The translations under genes and the position numbers were made by a program. DNA of 64,000 bases, taken from positions 288,001-352,000 of the IMG/VR virus record IMGVR_UViG_3300029288_005873; one strand, given 5' to 3'. Source of the DNA: a virus (taxonomy: Duplodnaviria; Caudoviricetes). Below the pieces are notes generated by a model. It worked only from the letters and a program-made list of their open reading frames with translations. It was not told the origin of the DNA and made no database searches. Below, piece by piece: positions 9,901 through 19,499 of this stretch (positions are counted from its first letter, which is position 1; each line of letters begins with the position of its first letter).

Positions 9901-10778
9901 TATTCTTCTCCATAATATTCATTAAATGTAATAAGATCGGAACTCCCCCAATCATGACCTTCATTTGCTACTACAATACCATTTCTTATATTATCTTGTA
10001 AAAGTATATAGTTATGTACCCAAAGATTATAGCCAAGATCTTTCCTTCTATCTATATGAATATTATCGTTAAAATCTTCTCTAGAATGGTCTTGATGTAT
10101 TCCTACTATTCCATGCTCAAACCTAGGGGTAACTCCAGAAAGTCTCATTCTATTTGAAAAATCATCGTCTTCACCACAAAGACCTCCTAAAAACCTTTCA
10201 TCAACTCCTCCGATATTTTCTATGTGTCGCTTTGCCACACACATAAAATACCAATATGCCGGCGGATGAGGAGGTCTTGTAACACATTCGTTTTTTGCTC
10301 CAGGTATCTGTAGAAGGTGAGACATAGGAAGTGTTTTTAGTCGACCCCATCCTTTTGCAATATAATCTGTACATGCAACATTTGCTCTGAAGACTAAACC
10401 ATAAAGACATTCCATTTTATCTTTAACAGACCATGCTATTTCAAGATTACTTGATGATTGTAGAGTTTCTGGTCCTGTTACAACAATAACCTCACCTCTT
10501 GAAAGCCTAAACCCAACATTATTAGTCAATACTGGAATAAAGCTTTTTACAGGCATAATACTTTTGCTCTTATCTATTTTTACAAATCTTATATTCAAAC
10601 CACTGGATATATTTTTACCATAACAAAGCTGACGAAGACTTTCCCTATCGGAATCGTCAACAATAATTATCTCAAAATCCTTTTTCGGCATAGTCTGAGC
10701 TGCCCAAGTATCAAGCGATCTTTCAAACAGATGAGTTCTGTTATCGCATGCAGAAATAACGACCGATATTTTCATCAC
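9900..10778 (-). CDS. GT2-like glycosyltransferase with GT7-type C-terminus
   Basis: ISVVIS, FEIIIVDD, NVGFRLSRGE, GGVDERFLGGLCGEDDDF. Confidence 0.85.
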   Translation of the reverse strand: MMKISVVISACDNRTHLFERSLDTWAAQTMPKKDFEIIIVDDSDRESLRQLCYGKNISSGLNIRFVKIDKSKSIMPVKSFIPVLTNNVGFRLSRGEVIVVTGPETLQSSSNLEIAWSVKDKMECLYGLVFRANVACTDYIAKGWGRLKTLPMSHLLQIPGAKNECVTRPPHPPAYWYFMCVAKRHIENIGGVDERFLGGLCGEDDDFSNRMRLSGVTPRFEHGIVGIHQDHSREDFNDNIHIDRRKDLGYNLWVHNYILLQDNIRNGIVVANEGHDWGSSDLITFNEYYGEE

Positions 10779-11533
10779 TTTACCCCATATGACTTTGCCA
10801 TCTTATCAATTCTGGAAATAAGTACAGGACAAAGATTGTCCTTAACTTCTACATTAGCTTTGAAAAGGGATTCTTGTGTCCCCGCATCAGACCACCATCC
10901 TCCAATCTCAAAAGTGTCGACAATTCCATCACGCACAAGCGTTCTATTGGCATCTGATATTTCCAACTCACCCCTTATAGACCTTCTAATTTTTGAAATA
11001 GCATCCCAAACCGCTGAAGAATATAGATAAGCCCCAGTAACGGCCAAATCACTTTTTGGATTATTTGGCTTTTCTTCAATATCAATAAGACACTTCATAT
11101 GGTCAACTTCAGCCACACCAAATCTACTAGGATCAGTAACCTTCTTAAGATATAACATACATCTTCCAGGAGTTTTTGTATGAAAATCTAAGAGATCCCC
11201 AAAAATGTTGTCCCCAAGAATCACAGCAATATCGTCTTGACCCGCAAAATCTTTACACAGCATTAAAGCTTCTGCTATTCCTCCAGCAGTATCCTGTACC
11301 TTGTATGTAAAGTTACATCCAAAGCGTTTTCCACTACCCAAAAGTTCGACAACTGACCCTAGATGAAAAAGACCAGATACTATACATATTTCTGTTATTC
11401 CATTCTCAAGCAACTGACTAAGTGGATAGAACAACATAGGACTTTTCCAAACAGGAAGTAGATGTTTGTTAGTCACTTTTGAAAGCGAGCCTAGTCTAGA
11501 TCCTGTTCCACCTGCAAGTATAATTCCCTTCAT
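10775..11533 (-). CDS. rmlA: Glucose-1-phosphate thymidylyltransferase
   Basis: MKGIILAGGTGSRL...NKHLLPV, GGIAEA, ILGDN, RFGVA, EEKP..PKS, RGELEISD; start at 11533 after GGAG. Confidence 0.93.
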   Translation of the reverse strand: MKGIILAGGTGSRLGSLSKVTNKHLLPVWKSPMLFYPLSQLLENGITEICIVSGLFHLGSVVELLGSGKRFGCNFTYKVQDTAGGIAEALMLCKDFAGQDDIAVILGDNIFGDLLDFHTKTPGRCMLYLKKVTDPSRFGVAEVDHMKCLIDIEEKPNNPKSDLAVTGAYLYSSAVWDAISKIRRSIRGELEISDANRTLVRDGIVDTFEIGGWWSDAGTQESLFKANVEVKDNLCPVLISRIDKMAKSYGVK

Positions 11534-11565
11534 GACATTTCTCCAAAGCGCAAATAGCGCTACAT

Positions 11566-12498
11566 TCAAAAATAGTTCCTATTTTCTGAATACCATTTTA
11601 TAGTGTTCTCTAGACCTTTGTCCAAAGGAATTTGTGCTACCCATCCAAGCTCATTATTGGCTATGGAAGAATCTAGAAAATAACGGAAATCATGTCCTTT
11701 CCTATCCTCTACAAATTTTACAAGTGACCTAGATTTACCCATAATATCTAGAATCTTATATACCATATCAATATTTCGCTCTTCATGACCACTACCAAGG
11801 TTATATATTCTTCCAGATTTTCCATGCTCTAGTGTCGCCATGATTCCGAGACAATGATCTTCGACAAACATCCATTCCCTCTGATTAGTACCATTTCCAT
11901 AAATAGGAATATGTTTGTCAGATAAAGCATTCAAAATAACAACTGGAAGAAACTTCTCTTTATACTGTAAAGGTCCATAATTATTACAAGATCTAGTTAT
12001 TACAACATTCATTCCATATGTTTTTCCATAAGATTGTACAAGAACATCTGCAGCCGCTTTAGATGCAGAATACGGCGAACTTGGCTTTATCTGAAACAGG
12101 TTAGAGAAAGGCTGATCATCATGTTTCAAATCTCCATATACCTCATCAGTAGATACGAAAAGAAAACGGTCAATATTTCGTTTTCTTGCCTGCTCAAGCA
12201 GTTCAAATGTACCCATGAAATTGCTCAACATAAATGGTCTTGGAGAAGCTATACTATTATCTACATGTGATTCTGCAGCCATATGTATCACAGCATCAAT
12301 TTTTCCTATGGAATCAAAAACTTCGTCCAAAAATGATCCATCTGATATGTCTCCAACAAAAGTTCGACAAAGACCTAGTGCTGAAGGATCAGAGGCATAT
12401 CTCAAAGCATCAATACCCACAATTTCATGACTGCTAGAAAACATGCGAACGAAATTCTGTGGTATGAATCCGCAGTTTCCAGTCACAAGGATTCGCAT
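11566..12498 (-). CDS. rmlB: dTDP-glucose 4,6-dehydratase
   Basis: AAESHVDNSI, VSTDEVYG, PSSPYSASKAA, NNYGP.Q..EK, DRKGHDFRY. Confidence 0.95.
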   Translation of the reverse strand: MRILVTGNCGFIPQNFVRMFSSSHEIVGIDALRYASDPSALGLCRTFVGDISDGSFLDEVFDSIGKIDAVIHMAAESHVDNSIASPRPFMLSNFMGTFELLEQARKRNIDRFLFVSTDEVYGDLKHDDQPFSNLFQIKPSSPYSASKAAADVLVQSYGKTYGMNVVITRSCNNYGPLQYKEKFLPVVILNALSDKHIPIYGNGTNQREWMFVEDHCLGIMATLEHGKSGRIYNLGSGHEERNIDMVYKILDIMGKSRSLVKFVEDRKGHDFRYFLDSSIANNELGWVAQIPLDKGLENTIKWYSENRNYF

Positions 12499-13577
12499 TC
12501 ACCAACCTCCATAACAGACTTAAGTACATGGTCTATTTCATCATCGGTCATCCAAGGATTGAATGGAAGAGAAATTACAGTTTCGGAAAATTCTTTAGCA
12601 TTTGAAAATAAGCCGGCGCCTGGGCGCCCCTCAACGGTCTCCATTAGGTGAAAAGGATAATGTTTTGAGGTCTCAACTTCACGCTTGGCTAGCATGGCAA
12701 CAACCCTATCACGGTTATTTGACATTATGGGGAAAAGATGAGGCAACGCTCCTTTTCTCCATGCGACCATTCTGAATGGAGTTTTAAGTAGGGCTTCTCG
12801 ATATTGCTCAAGCATTTGAATCCTTCTTTTTGCTTGAGCAGGAAAAAGCTGAAGCTTCTTGATTAGGATGGCACACTGTATTTCATCCATGCGACTATTC
12901 ATGCCAATCATTCTACCCATCCTATTCCTAGTCTCTTGACCATAAAATCTCAATTCTCGTATTGCTTTTGCCATCTGTTCATCACATGCGATAACAGCTC
13001 CACCATCACCCATACATCCAAGGTTTTTTGTGGGATAAAAACTTAGAGCTCCCGACATACCAAAAGTTCCAAGAAGATTTTCATCAAATGTGGCTCCAAA
13101 ACTTTGGGCACAATCCTCAACAAGAGAAATTCCCCTTTTAACACAATGATATTTTATCGTTTCTATGTCGGCTGGATTTCCATACAGATGTACAGGTATA
13201 AAAGCTTTAACATCAAGATTTTTTAATGTTGATGCGTTTGTACACATTGTCATACCAAAATCAACATCAACATATACTGGAATAGCACCGATCATTTTAA
13301 CAGCCACAGCTGTCGGTATGGCTGAAAAAGCAGGAATTGCGACCCTATCTCCATATCCTATACCCAATGCTTTAAGAGAAAGAGCTAGAGCATCTGTTCC
13401 ACTTCCAACAAGGACAACTGGACGATTGAACATTTCAGAAAGACGTATTTCAAGTTCTGTTGCTTTTGGACCAAATAGAAAATGTCCAGACCGTATGACA
13501 TCCTCAATATCTTTCATTAAACCAAGTCCAATAAGTATGTCAGCCTCGCGGTCTAAATTTAGAAAAGGAACTCTCAT
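12483..13577 (-). CDS. fdtB: DegT/DnrJ-family PLP sugar aminotransferase (FdtB/QdtB-like 3-aminotransferase)
   Basis: SGTDAL, PVHLYG, EDCAQ, SFYPTKNLG..GDGG, NSRMDEIQ; adjacent to an fdtA-like gene. Confidence 0.85.
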   Translation of the reverse strand: MRVPFLNLDREADILIGLGLMKDIEDVIRSGHFLFGPKATELEIRLSEMFNRPVVLVGSGTDALALSLKALGIGYGDRVAIPAFSAIPTAVAVKMIGAIPVYVDVDFGMTMCTNASTLKNLDVKAFIPVHLYGNPADIETIKYHCVKRGISLVEDCAQSFGATFDENLLGTFGMSGALSFYPTKNLGCMGDGGAVIACDEQMAKAIRELRFYGQETRNRMGRMIGMNSRMDEIQCAILIKKLQLFPAQAKRRIQMLEQYREALLKTPFRMVAWRKGALPHLFPIMSNNRDRVVAMLAKREVETSKHYPFHLMETVEGRPGAGLFSNAKEFSETVISLPFNPWMTDDEIDHVLKSVMEVGECESL

Positions 13578-13972
13578 TTCTTCACCTCTTCCAGAAACGT
13601 GGAGTAATCTCTGATGTAGTCATTTTCATCATATAACTCCGATGCGAGTACAATACATACCGTACTAGGATAAAGTGTTAAAGTACACCAAACTAACGGA
13701 GGAACATGAAAACCTACATTTGGACTACGTAGGTATATGGCAGTATTTCTCTGTCCATCATAATCGAGATCTACATTCATACCACCACTAGCCAGGATTA
13801 TAAATTGATGACACTTTCTATGCGCATGACCTCCCCGAGAAATCCCTTGCGGAGGAACATCCGTCATATAGAAAACCCTCTTGATCTCGAAAGGAACTAT
13901 GATGCCGCTTTCTACCCAGCGCAGATTGCCGCGTTCGTCAAAAACGCCTGGTAGTTCTATGGTATAAGCCAT
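13574..13972 (-). CDS. fdtA: dTDP-4-keto-6-deoxyglucose 3,4-ketoisomerase (FdtA/QdtA cupin)
   Basis: DERGNL, PFEIKRVFY, RGGHAH, VLASELYDENDYIRDY. Confidence 0.92.
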   Translation of the reverse strand: MAYTIELPGVFDERGNLRWVESGIIVPFEIKRVFYMTDVPPQGISRGGHAHRKCHQFIILASGGMNVDLDYDGQRNTAIYLRSPNVGFHVPPLVWCTLTLYPSTVCIVLASELYDENDYIRDYSTFLEEVKK

Positions 13973-14658
13973 TAGATGATTCTCTTAGTTATTTCATCCA
14001 TTGAGATGCCTTCGCGCTTCAAAAGTTCGAGTGCCCCTTTTTCCCACACTCCACGCGTTACTGCCGTGATAAAATAACGTACAGGACCTCCAGGAGTGTC
14101 GTCAGGCTGTCTCCAAAGGCTAAGAAACGGTTTTGTACAACTAAGTGATCTCTGACCACCTAAATTTTCCAGATCCCATGCTGACTCACCTTCACGAAGT
14201 AGTCCCATCAAGACATCTTTGTCCCAAATTGCAAGTTGTAAAGAAACTCGATATGCGTCATTTTTACCAATTGTTCCAAGGAACGAATCACACCACTTTC
14301 CAGAGGGTCCTGGGCATGGACAAATTCTTAAGCATCCAACGTCGTTATCAAATGAATATTTCACGAGTTTTTTTACTGTTTCAGTGTCCACCAAAGAGGT
14401 AAGAAGAAAATCCTCTTGGAAAACAATCACGCGTTTTGAGTCTGTTTGACGAAGAGCATTTAGAAAATTACTTGCCCAACCGCGATCCTCGCCCATCTGA
14501 ATAGTATAATTGGCTCCATTATGTGAACCAATATCAGTTACCATTGTAACTTTGTATGGACAATCTGGCCAATATCTGCGAAAAAGAGTAAAGAACGGAT
14601 CCCATACCTGACGGAATTTCCAGCATGTTACAACCATTATCTCTGTTGCTGAATTCAT
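13972..14658 (-). CDS. Putative GT-A fold glycosyltransferase
   Basis: W..FF..F...WPDCPY, FQEDFLL (DxD-like), SLQLAIW, ESAWDLE; ATGA overlap start at 14658. Confidence 0.65.
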   Translation of the reverse strand: MNSATEIMVVTCWKFRQVWDPFFTLFRRYWPDCPYKVTMVTDIGSHNGANYTIQMGEDRGWASNFLNALRQTDSKRVIVFQEDFLLTSLVDTETVKKLVKYSFDNDVGCLRICPCPGPSGKWCDSFLGTIGKNDAYRVSLQLAIWDKDVLMGLLREGESAWDLENLGGQRSLSCTKPFLSLWRQPDDTPGGPVRYFITAVTRGVWEKGALELLKREGISMDEITKRII

Positions 14659-15314
14659 TTTATGCTTCCCCATGAATGAAGCTGATCTGTTTTATCTATT
14701 CCTTGTACATTCCTAGTAACTATTGTATATCCTACGAGATGAGGCGTATTGGGATTCCCAAAGGCCTCAATTTTTCCATATTTTGGATAAGCAACTTCAC
14801 AGTCGTGTGGAAGAAGAGGTCCAATTAAAGCCATGCTACAAGGACGATTATCAGGTTTTGTCCTGTGTTCGCCGATTGTTCCACCCCCACCAGCGGAAGT
14901 TTCAAATTGCCCTTGCCCCGGGACTTCGAAATCGTCAACTAGGATTATGAATTTTGGAAGTTTTGCAATACCGGAAACCTCATCTGGCAATGGCCAATAA
15001 TCATGCCAATGAGCATCCAAGAAAAACATAGGTAGATCTCCAAGCATCCCTTCTGTAATAAGGCGGTCTATGAATTTCTCAGAAGACTCATTAGAAAGTT
15101 TTACGTTCTGGTATGGTTTTAGTATTTCACGACTTGTTGATAAGTATAAGTCATTTATTTCACACGTTAAAATAGGAAGTGTTGGATGTCTCTTCGCCAT
15201 ATGTAAAGATGTTGCAGCATAATGTGTACCTGTCTCAACAAATGATGATACTCCACATGTTATCAATTGATCTACTTTTTGTTGTAATATGCGATTACCA
15301 TGAAAACCTGTCAT
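14655..15314 (-). CDS. Putative SAM-dependent methyltransferase
   Basis: FVETGT, CEI, FFLDAHW, ILVDD; start MTGFHG at 15314 after GGAGG. Confidence 0.7.
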   Translation of the reverse strand: MTGFHGNRILQQKVDQLITCGVSSFVETGTHYAATSLHMAKRHPTLPILTCEINDLYLSTSREILKPYQNVKLSNESSEKFIDRLITEGMLGDLPMFFLDAHWHDYWPLPDEVSGIAKLPKFIILVDDFEVPGQGQFETSAGGGGTIGEHRTKPDNRPCSMALIGPLLPHDCEVAYPKYGKIEAFGNPNTPHLVGYTIVTRNVQGIDKTDQLHSWGSIK

Positions 15315-15315
15315 T

Positions 15316-16251
15316 TTAGCCTCCAAAGTGCCTATACATGTTTGAAAAGAAGCCCAATGGGGAGATCCATTCTTCCCAAAGCTTACGTAGTTTATTCTGC
15401 CGTTCCACAAATTCGTCTGGAGAAAGTGAATAATGAAAATCAAGCAAACGATTTCCAATATTTGGAATATCAGATTTATCAATAATTGGAAAAAATTCAC
15501 TCCAGTTTATCATAAAGTCATATGGTAGAACGCAATCTGTATTTACTAAAACGGGTATTCTTCCACCCATCATAGTTTCATAGATACGATATGAGAAATT
15601 CCCACCACCTCTTGCACAAAGTATATAGTCGGAGTTTTCCATATTGTTTAGGAATTCCCTACGCACTTGTTTACCAGCATCTTCTTTTCTTCCTCCAGCT
15701 ATCCACCCTCCCCAAAACTTATCTCGCCTGACAAAGTTTTTAGAGATCCTTGTGTCAGAATCAAGCACATCTAGAGCTGCTTTACGAACATCTAGAGGAT
15801 ATACCTGACCACAGAATCCTATAGTTGGAATGGAAGACCATTGACGCAATGGAAATTGTCCATAGTCCATGCTCCACCCTGGGACGGCAAATTCTCTTGG
15901 TCTTTTGGACGATCTATAGAAAGATGTTCTAAAAACCGTTGTATCATCCCTATAATCAAGTATCTCATCAGAATCATCATTGAAGAAGACCACCAATTGT
16001 TTGGGGAAAGTCATCTCCTGAAAAGCTCTAAAAGCTTTTGGATTCATTGTGGGTGACGCAGGATATATGGCAAAATCAGCACCAACAAGCGATTCCATCT
16101 GAAAAATTCCATGCCCATTTGCGATATACTTGTCGAACCTATCGGCATCTGGGTCTCCTGCCTCTTTTTCCTGCCCCCAAAACGGTAACATTATGTGACA
16201 TGAAAAACCTTTTGGAAGAAAACTTTTGTCAGAAAATATCTTGATTACCAT
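15316..16251 (-). CDS. Exostosin-like (GT47) glycosyltransferase
   Basis: IGFCG...R...L, SDYILCARGGGNFSYRIYETMMGGRIPVLV...LPY...INW; start at 16251 after GAGGAG. Confidence 0.85.
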   Translation of the reverse strand: MVIKIFSDKSFLPKGFSCHIMLPFWGQEKEAGDPDADRFDKYIANGHGIFQMESLVGADFAIYPASPTMNPKAFRAFQEMTFPKQLVVFFNDDSDEILDYRDDTTVFRTSFYRSSKRPREFAVPGWSMDYGQFPLRQWSSIPTIGFCGQVYPLDVRKAALDVLDSDTRISKNFVRRDKFWGGWIAGGRKEDAGKQVRREFLNNMENSDYILCARGGGNFSYRIYETMMGGRIPVLVNTDCVLPYDFMINWSEFFPIIDKSDIPNIGNRLLDFHYSLSPDEFVERQNKLRKLWEEWISPLGFFSNMYRHFGG

Positions 16252-16259
16252 AGTGCTCC

Positions 16260-17147
16260 TCAAATACCTAACTCACCTCTTTCAAGATTTATCTGCGCCT
16301 CTATTAACGATTTGTTCTTTTCGATAATATCTGGCAGTTTTCCTTGAAAAGGTAGCGTGTAGGCTGGACTTCTACACTCTTTTTTGAATTCCTGTACGCC
16401 CTCAAATTGTTTTTCTACATTCAATCGTTCCTCATCAGTGCGAGCTCTCATCCATGGGACATAAACGCGATTGAAGTAATTTGGAAGGATCGAACTTGAA
16501 AGCCACTGATAGTAGTCACTTTTGTGGCGCATTCTTTTTGGAGGCATGTGTGAAAAATGATAGATACGAACTCCTAGTTCCTTTTCTCCATCTACGTGAC
16601 CCATCTCACGACATGTTTTACCATTCGGTGCCCATATAAGTGTTGGTGGTCTATGTGTCTTCCATGTGGCTTTTGGAGATATTCTTTGTATGCGATGTGT
16701 CTCAAATTCAGCTTCAAATCCAGATATATATCGTGGATTAGACAATGTTCCAAAAAATGAATACAATTTGAATGACATACTATAGCATTCAGAATGATTA
16801 TTAAGATATGATATAACTTTTCTCATATCATCTTCAAGATAGAATTCGTCACAATCAACACACCATACAAAATCTCCAGACAAATGTTTTTCTGTAGCAC
16901 GAAGCATACTATCTTTCTCGTCCCATCCAAGACTAGATTCAAAAACTATTTTTCGGTCAGGATCGGAAAATTTGGCTAGTGTTTCTAAAGTCCCATCATT
17001 TGATTGCCCAAAACCCATTTTTCTATATGCGGCTACCGGTCCCTCAATCACGATTATACGATTGGCAAATGGATAAATAGCTTGTAGGTTAAGACCGAAA
17101 AAAGGTTGTCCGTTATGGGCAATAATTGCAAAATCGATCTTGGTCAT
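16260..17147 (-). CDS. GT2-like glycosyltransferase
   Basis: IIAHN, IIVIEG...SNDGTLE, WCVDCDEFY (DxD). Confidence 0.8.
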   Translation of the reverse strand: MTKIDFAIIAHNGQPFFGLNLQAIYPFANRIIVIEGPVAAYRKMGFGQSNDGTLETLAKFSDPDRKIVFESSLGWDEKDSMLRATEKHLSGDFVWCVDCDEFYLEDDMRKVISYLNNHSECYSMSFKLYSFFGTLSNPRYISGFEAEFETHRIQRISPKATWKTHRPPTLIWAPNGKTCREMGHVDGEKELGVRIYHFSHMPPKRMRHKSDYYQWLSSSILPNYFNRVYVPWMRARTDEERLNVEKQFEGVQEFKKECRSPAYTLPFQGKLPDIIEKNKSLIEAQINLERGELGI

Positions 17148-17156
17148 GTTTCTCTC

Positions 17157-17822
17157 CTAGAGACACTTTCTCGCGACAACACAACTAACAGCTCGACTAT
17201 CCCAATCGAATCTTTGCTCAATAAAACATCCAAGATCAGAAAGTGTTTTTGTAAATTCCGCATAATCCATAACCATGCGCGGCTGCGTCCTTCCAGCATA
17301 TGTGGGACAGATAATCATCTCAGTAGGTTTGTCATTTGCATCATGAAAAAATACCTTATGGATAACTATCCAATCAGAAGAAAGCTCAACCATACGGGAA
17401 AGGAAACTTTTCCAATCAACAAAATGTTCTATAGATCCACACGCCATTACAACATCCCAAAGTTTTTCTGGATGAAAATCCATAATATCGGCAACATGAA
17501 AATCCCCAGAAGGATAATTTCGTTTTGCTCGTTCGCACATATGCGATGATATATCCATTCCTTCGTATATAAATCTTACATCTAATCCCAAACTAGACAT
17601 ATAAACAGCCTGCCAGCCTGCTCCGCAACCTATGTCTAGGCATGATAACATGCTGGTTTTCATATCTTTCTGATCAATTAATTTCAAAGCCTTGGCTAAA
17701 GTGTCGAAATATGGGTATTGTCCCACATTTCCGCGCTCGAAATAAGTGCGATTCATATCGTCATGTTCGGCAGCCACTTCGGGCAAAGCCCACCAAAAAT
17801 AATCAGTTATTTCGTTTGCCAC
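17157..17822 (-). CDS. Class I SAM-dependent methyltransferase
   Basis: LDIGCGAG, GMDIS..M...A, F..ADI, WDVV....IEH. Confidence 0.88.
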   Translation of the reverse strand: MANEITDYFWWALPEVAAEHDDMNRTYFERGNVGQYPYFDTLAKALKLIDQKDMKTSMLSCLDIGCGAGWQAVYMSSLGLDVRFIYEGMDISSHMCERAKRNYPSGDFHVADIMDFHPEKLWDVVMACGSIEHFVDWKSFLSRMVELSSDWIVIHKVFFHDANDKPTEMIICPTYAGRTQPRMVMDYAEFTKTLSDLGCFIEQRFDWDSRAVSCVVARKCL

Positions 17823-18657
17823 AATGGCCTCCTGAAGATTTTTTGATCAGTTCAAAATATGGATCGTAGACGAGACGTCTATCACTCGCAGTGTGTTTCC
17901 ATCCAGTGGGATAATATGAATCTGGTCCAGTTATAGAGAATTCATGATAATGGTAACACACAAGATTATATTTGCCATCAATAATTAGCTTACCATCTAT
18001 AGTCTTCGATATCGTGTGCCGTCCTATTCCCCATGGTCCCAGATTTATTCCAGGATGAGGACAAGAGAGGGCTCCCTTAAATCTTTCTGGCTGATCATGT
18101 AATATGTTTAACCACCCCTGATCTGCACAACGTCCATCAGGAAGAGTGACCCAGTAACACCATTCTATACAACGGTCTTTCCACCATTCCAAGAATTCTC
18201 TACAGTTACCATCATTTCTATATCCAAGAATACCAACATTAAATCTAACGCCAGATCTGGGGGGTTCAAACCCATGGTCTGTAACCATAAGGGAATGATT
18301 CCCCATAATATTTTCAATCTCTTCAGGACTTGACCAAAAAGCCATATCAGCATCAGTGTAAAATACTGTATCGATCCCAAATTTATCAAAAAGGAACATC
18401 GGAAGCACAGGGGTTATCGTGGCATAATATTCCTTTGGTTGTCTATTACCTTTTGCCTTCAACAGATCCGGACAATATTCTTCTACATCAGAAAGACAGA
18501 TAGGAATAACACCATCAAGTTTTTTGGCCTGCTCTAAAACATTAACATCCAATGCAAGTACAAAAAGTTTTGAATTTGGACTTTCATGTAATAAAGTACT
18601 CCAACAGGTCCAACCCTTTGCCGCATATGCGCTATCAAAATATGTACAGAAGTTCAT
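17803..18657 (-). CDS. GT-A glycosyltransferase (GT8/GT77-like), paralogue 2
   Basis: FCTYFDSAY, YTDADM, FNVG, WW..RC.EWC, DQGWL, GINLGPW, CYHYH. Confidence 0.82.
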   Translation of the reverse strand: MNFCTYFDSAYAAKGWTCWSTLLHESPNSKLFVLALDVNVLEQAKKLDGVIPICLSDVEEYCPDLLKAKGNRQPKEYYATITPVLPMFLFDKFGIDTVFYTDADMAFWSSPEEIENIMGNHSLMVTDHGFEPPRSGVRFNVGILGYRNDGNCREFLEWWKDRCIEWCYWVTLPDGRCADQGWLNILHDQPERFKGALSCPHPGINLGPWGIGRHTISKTIDGKLIIDGKYNLVCYHYHEFSITGPDSYYPTGWKHTASDRRLVYDPYFELIKKSSGGHCGKRNN

Positions 18658-19496
18658 GCTAGTGTTCCTTTCTTTGCCAGTAACATCATATTGTGATAAG
18701 GCTCATATATATTACTCATGTTCCATGGGGAAACTTCCCATCCTGTATCATTCACACACTTTCCAACAATGTCCTTATATCCGTGAAAATGATAACATAT
18801 TAGGTTGTGTCGACAATCTAGGACTATTTTGCCATTGGAAAACGAGGTAGGATGCATGGATAAATTCCAAGGTCCAAGATTTATTCCAGGATGCGTGCTA
18901 ACCTTTACACCAGAAAATCTATTTGGATTGTTATGTATTATAGATAAATATCCTTGATCTGCACAACGTCCATCAGGAAGAGCGCGCCATTCACACCATT
19001 CGAGACAACGTTCCTCCCACCATTTCAAAAAACTAATACCATCTGGACTTTTTCTATATCCGAGAATTCCAACATTGAAGAAACCAGCCCCTCCAGCCAT
19101 AGCAATCGGGTTTTCGTGCGGAGTAACCAATAGAGAGTTGCTACCCATTTCGCTAGATATTTCATCTACAGAAGAAAAAAAAGCCATATCAGCATCAGTG
19201 TAGAATACTGTATCAAGACCAAATTTGTCAAAAAGAAATTGTGGAAGTATAGGCGTTATTGTTGCATAATATTCCTTAGGCTGTCTTGATCCTTTTATGT
19301 TTAATAAAGATGGTCTATATTCTTCTATATCTTTCAACATTATTGGAATTACACCGCGCCATTTAGATACAAGACCGGCAACCACATCATCCATACAAAG
19401 AACAAAAAGACGGACCGATGAATTCGAAGTCAAAGTATGATGGCACACTTTGGCTTTTGTGGCATATGCTGAATCGAAATATGTACAGAAATCCAT
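18654..19496 (-). CDS. GT-A glycosyltransferase (GT8/GT77-like), paralogue 1
   Basis: Same motif set as the adjacent paralogue (FCTYFDSAY, YTDADM, FNVG, DQGYL, CYHFH). Confidence 0.82.
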   Translation of the reverse strand: MDFCTYFDSAYATKAKVCHHTLTSNSSVRLFVLCMDDVVAGLVSKWRGVIPIMLKDIEEYRPSLLNIKGSRQPKEYYATITPILPQFLFDKFGLDTVFYTDADMAFFSSVDEISSEMGSNSLLVTPHENPIAMAGGAGFFNVGILGYRKSPDGISFLKWWEERCLEWCEWRALPDGRCADQGYLSIIHNNPNRFSGVKVSTHPGINLGPWNLSMHPTSFSNGKIVLDCRHNLICYHFHGYKDIVGKCVNDTGWEVSPWNMSNIYEPYHNMMLLAKKGTLA

Positions 19497-19499
19497 GAC

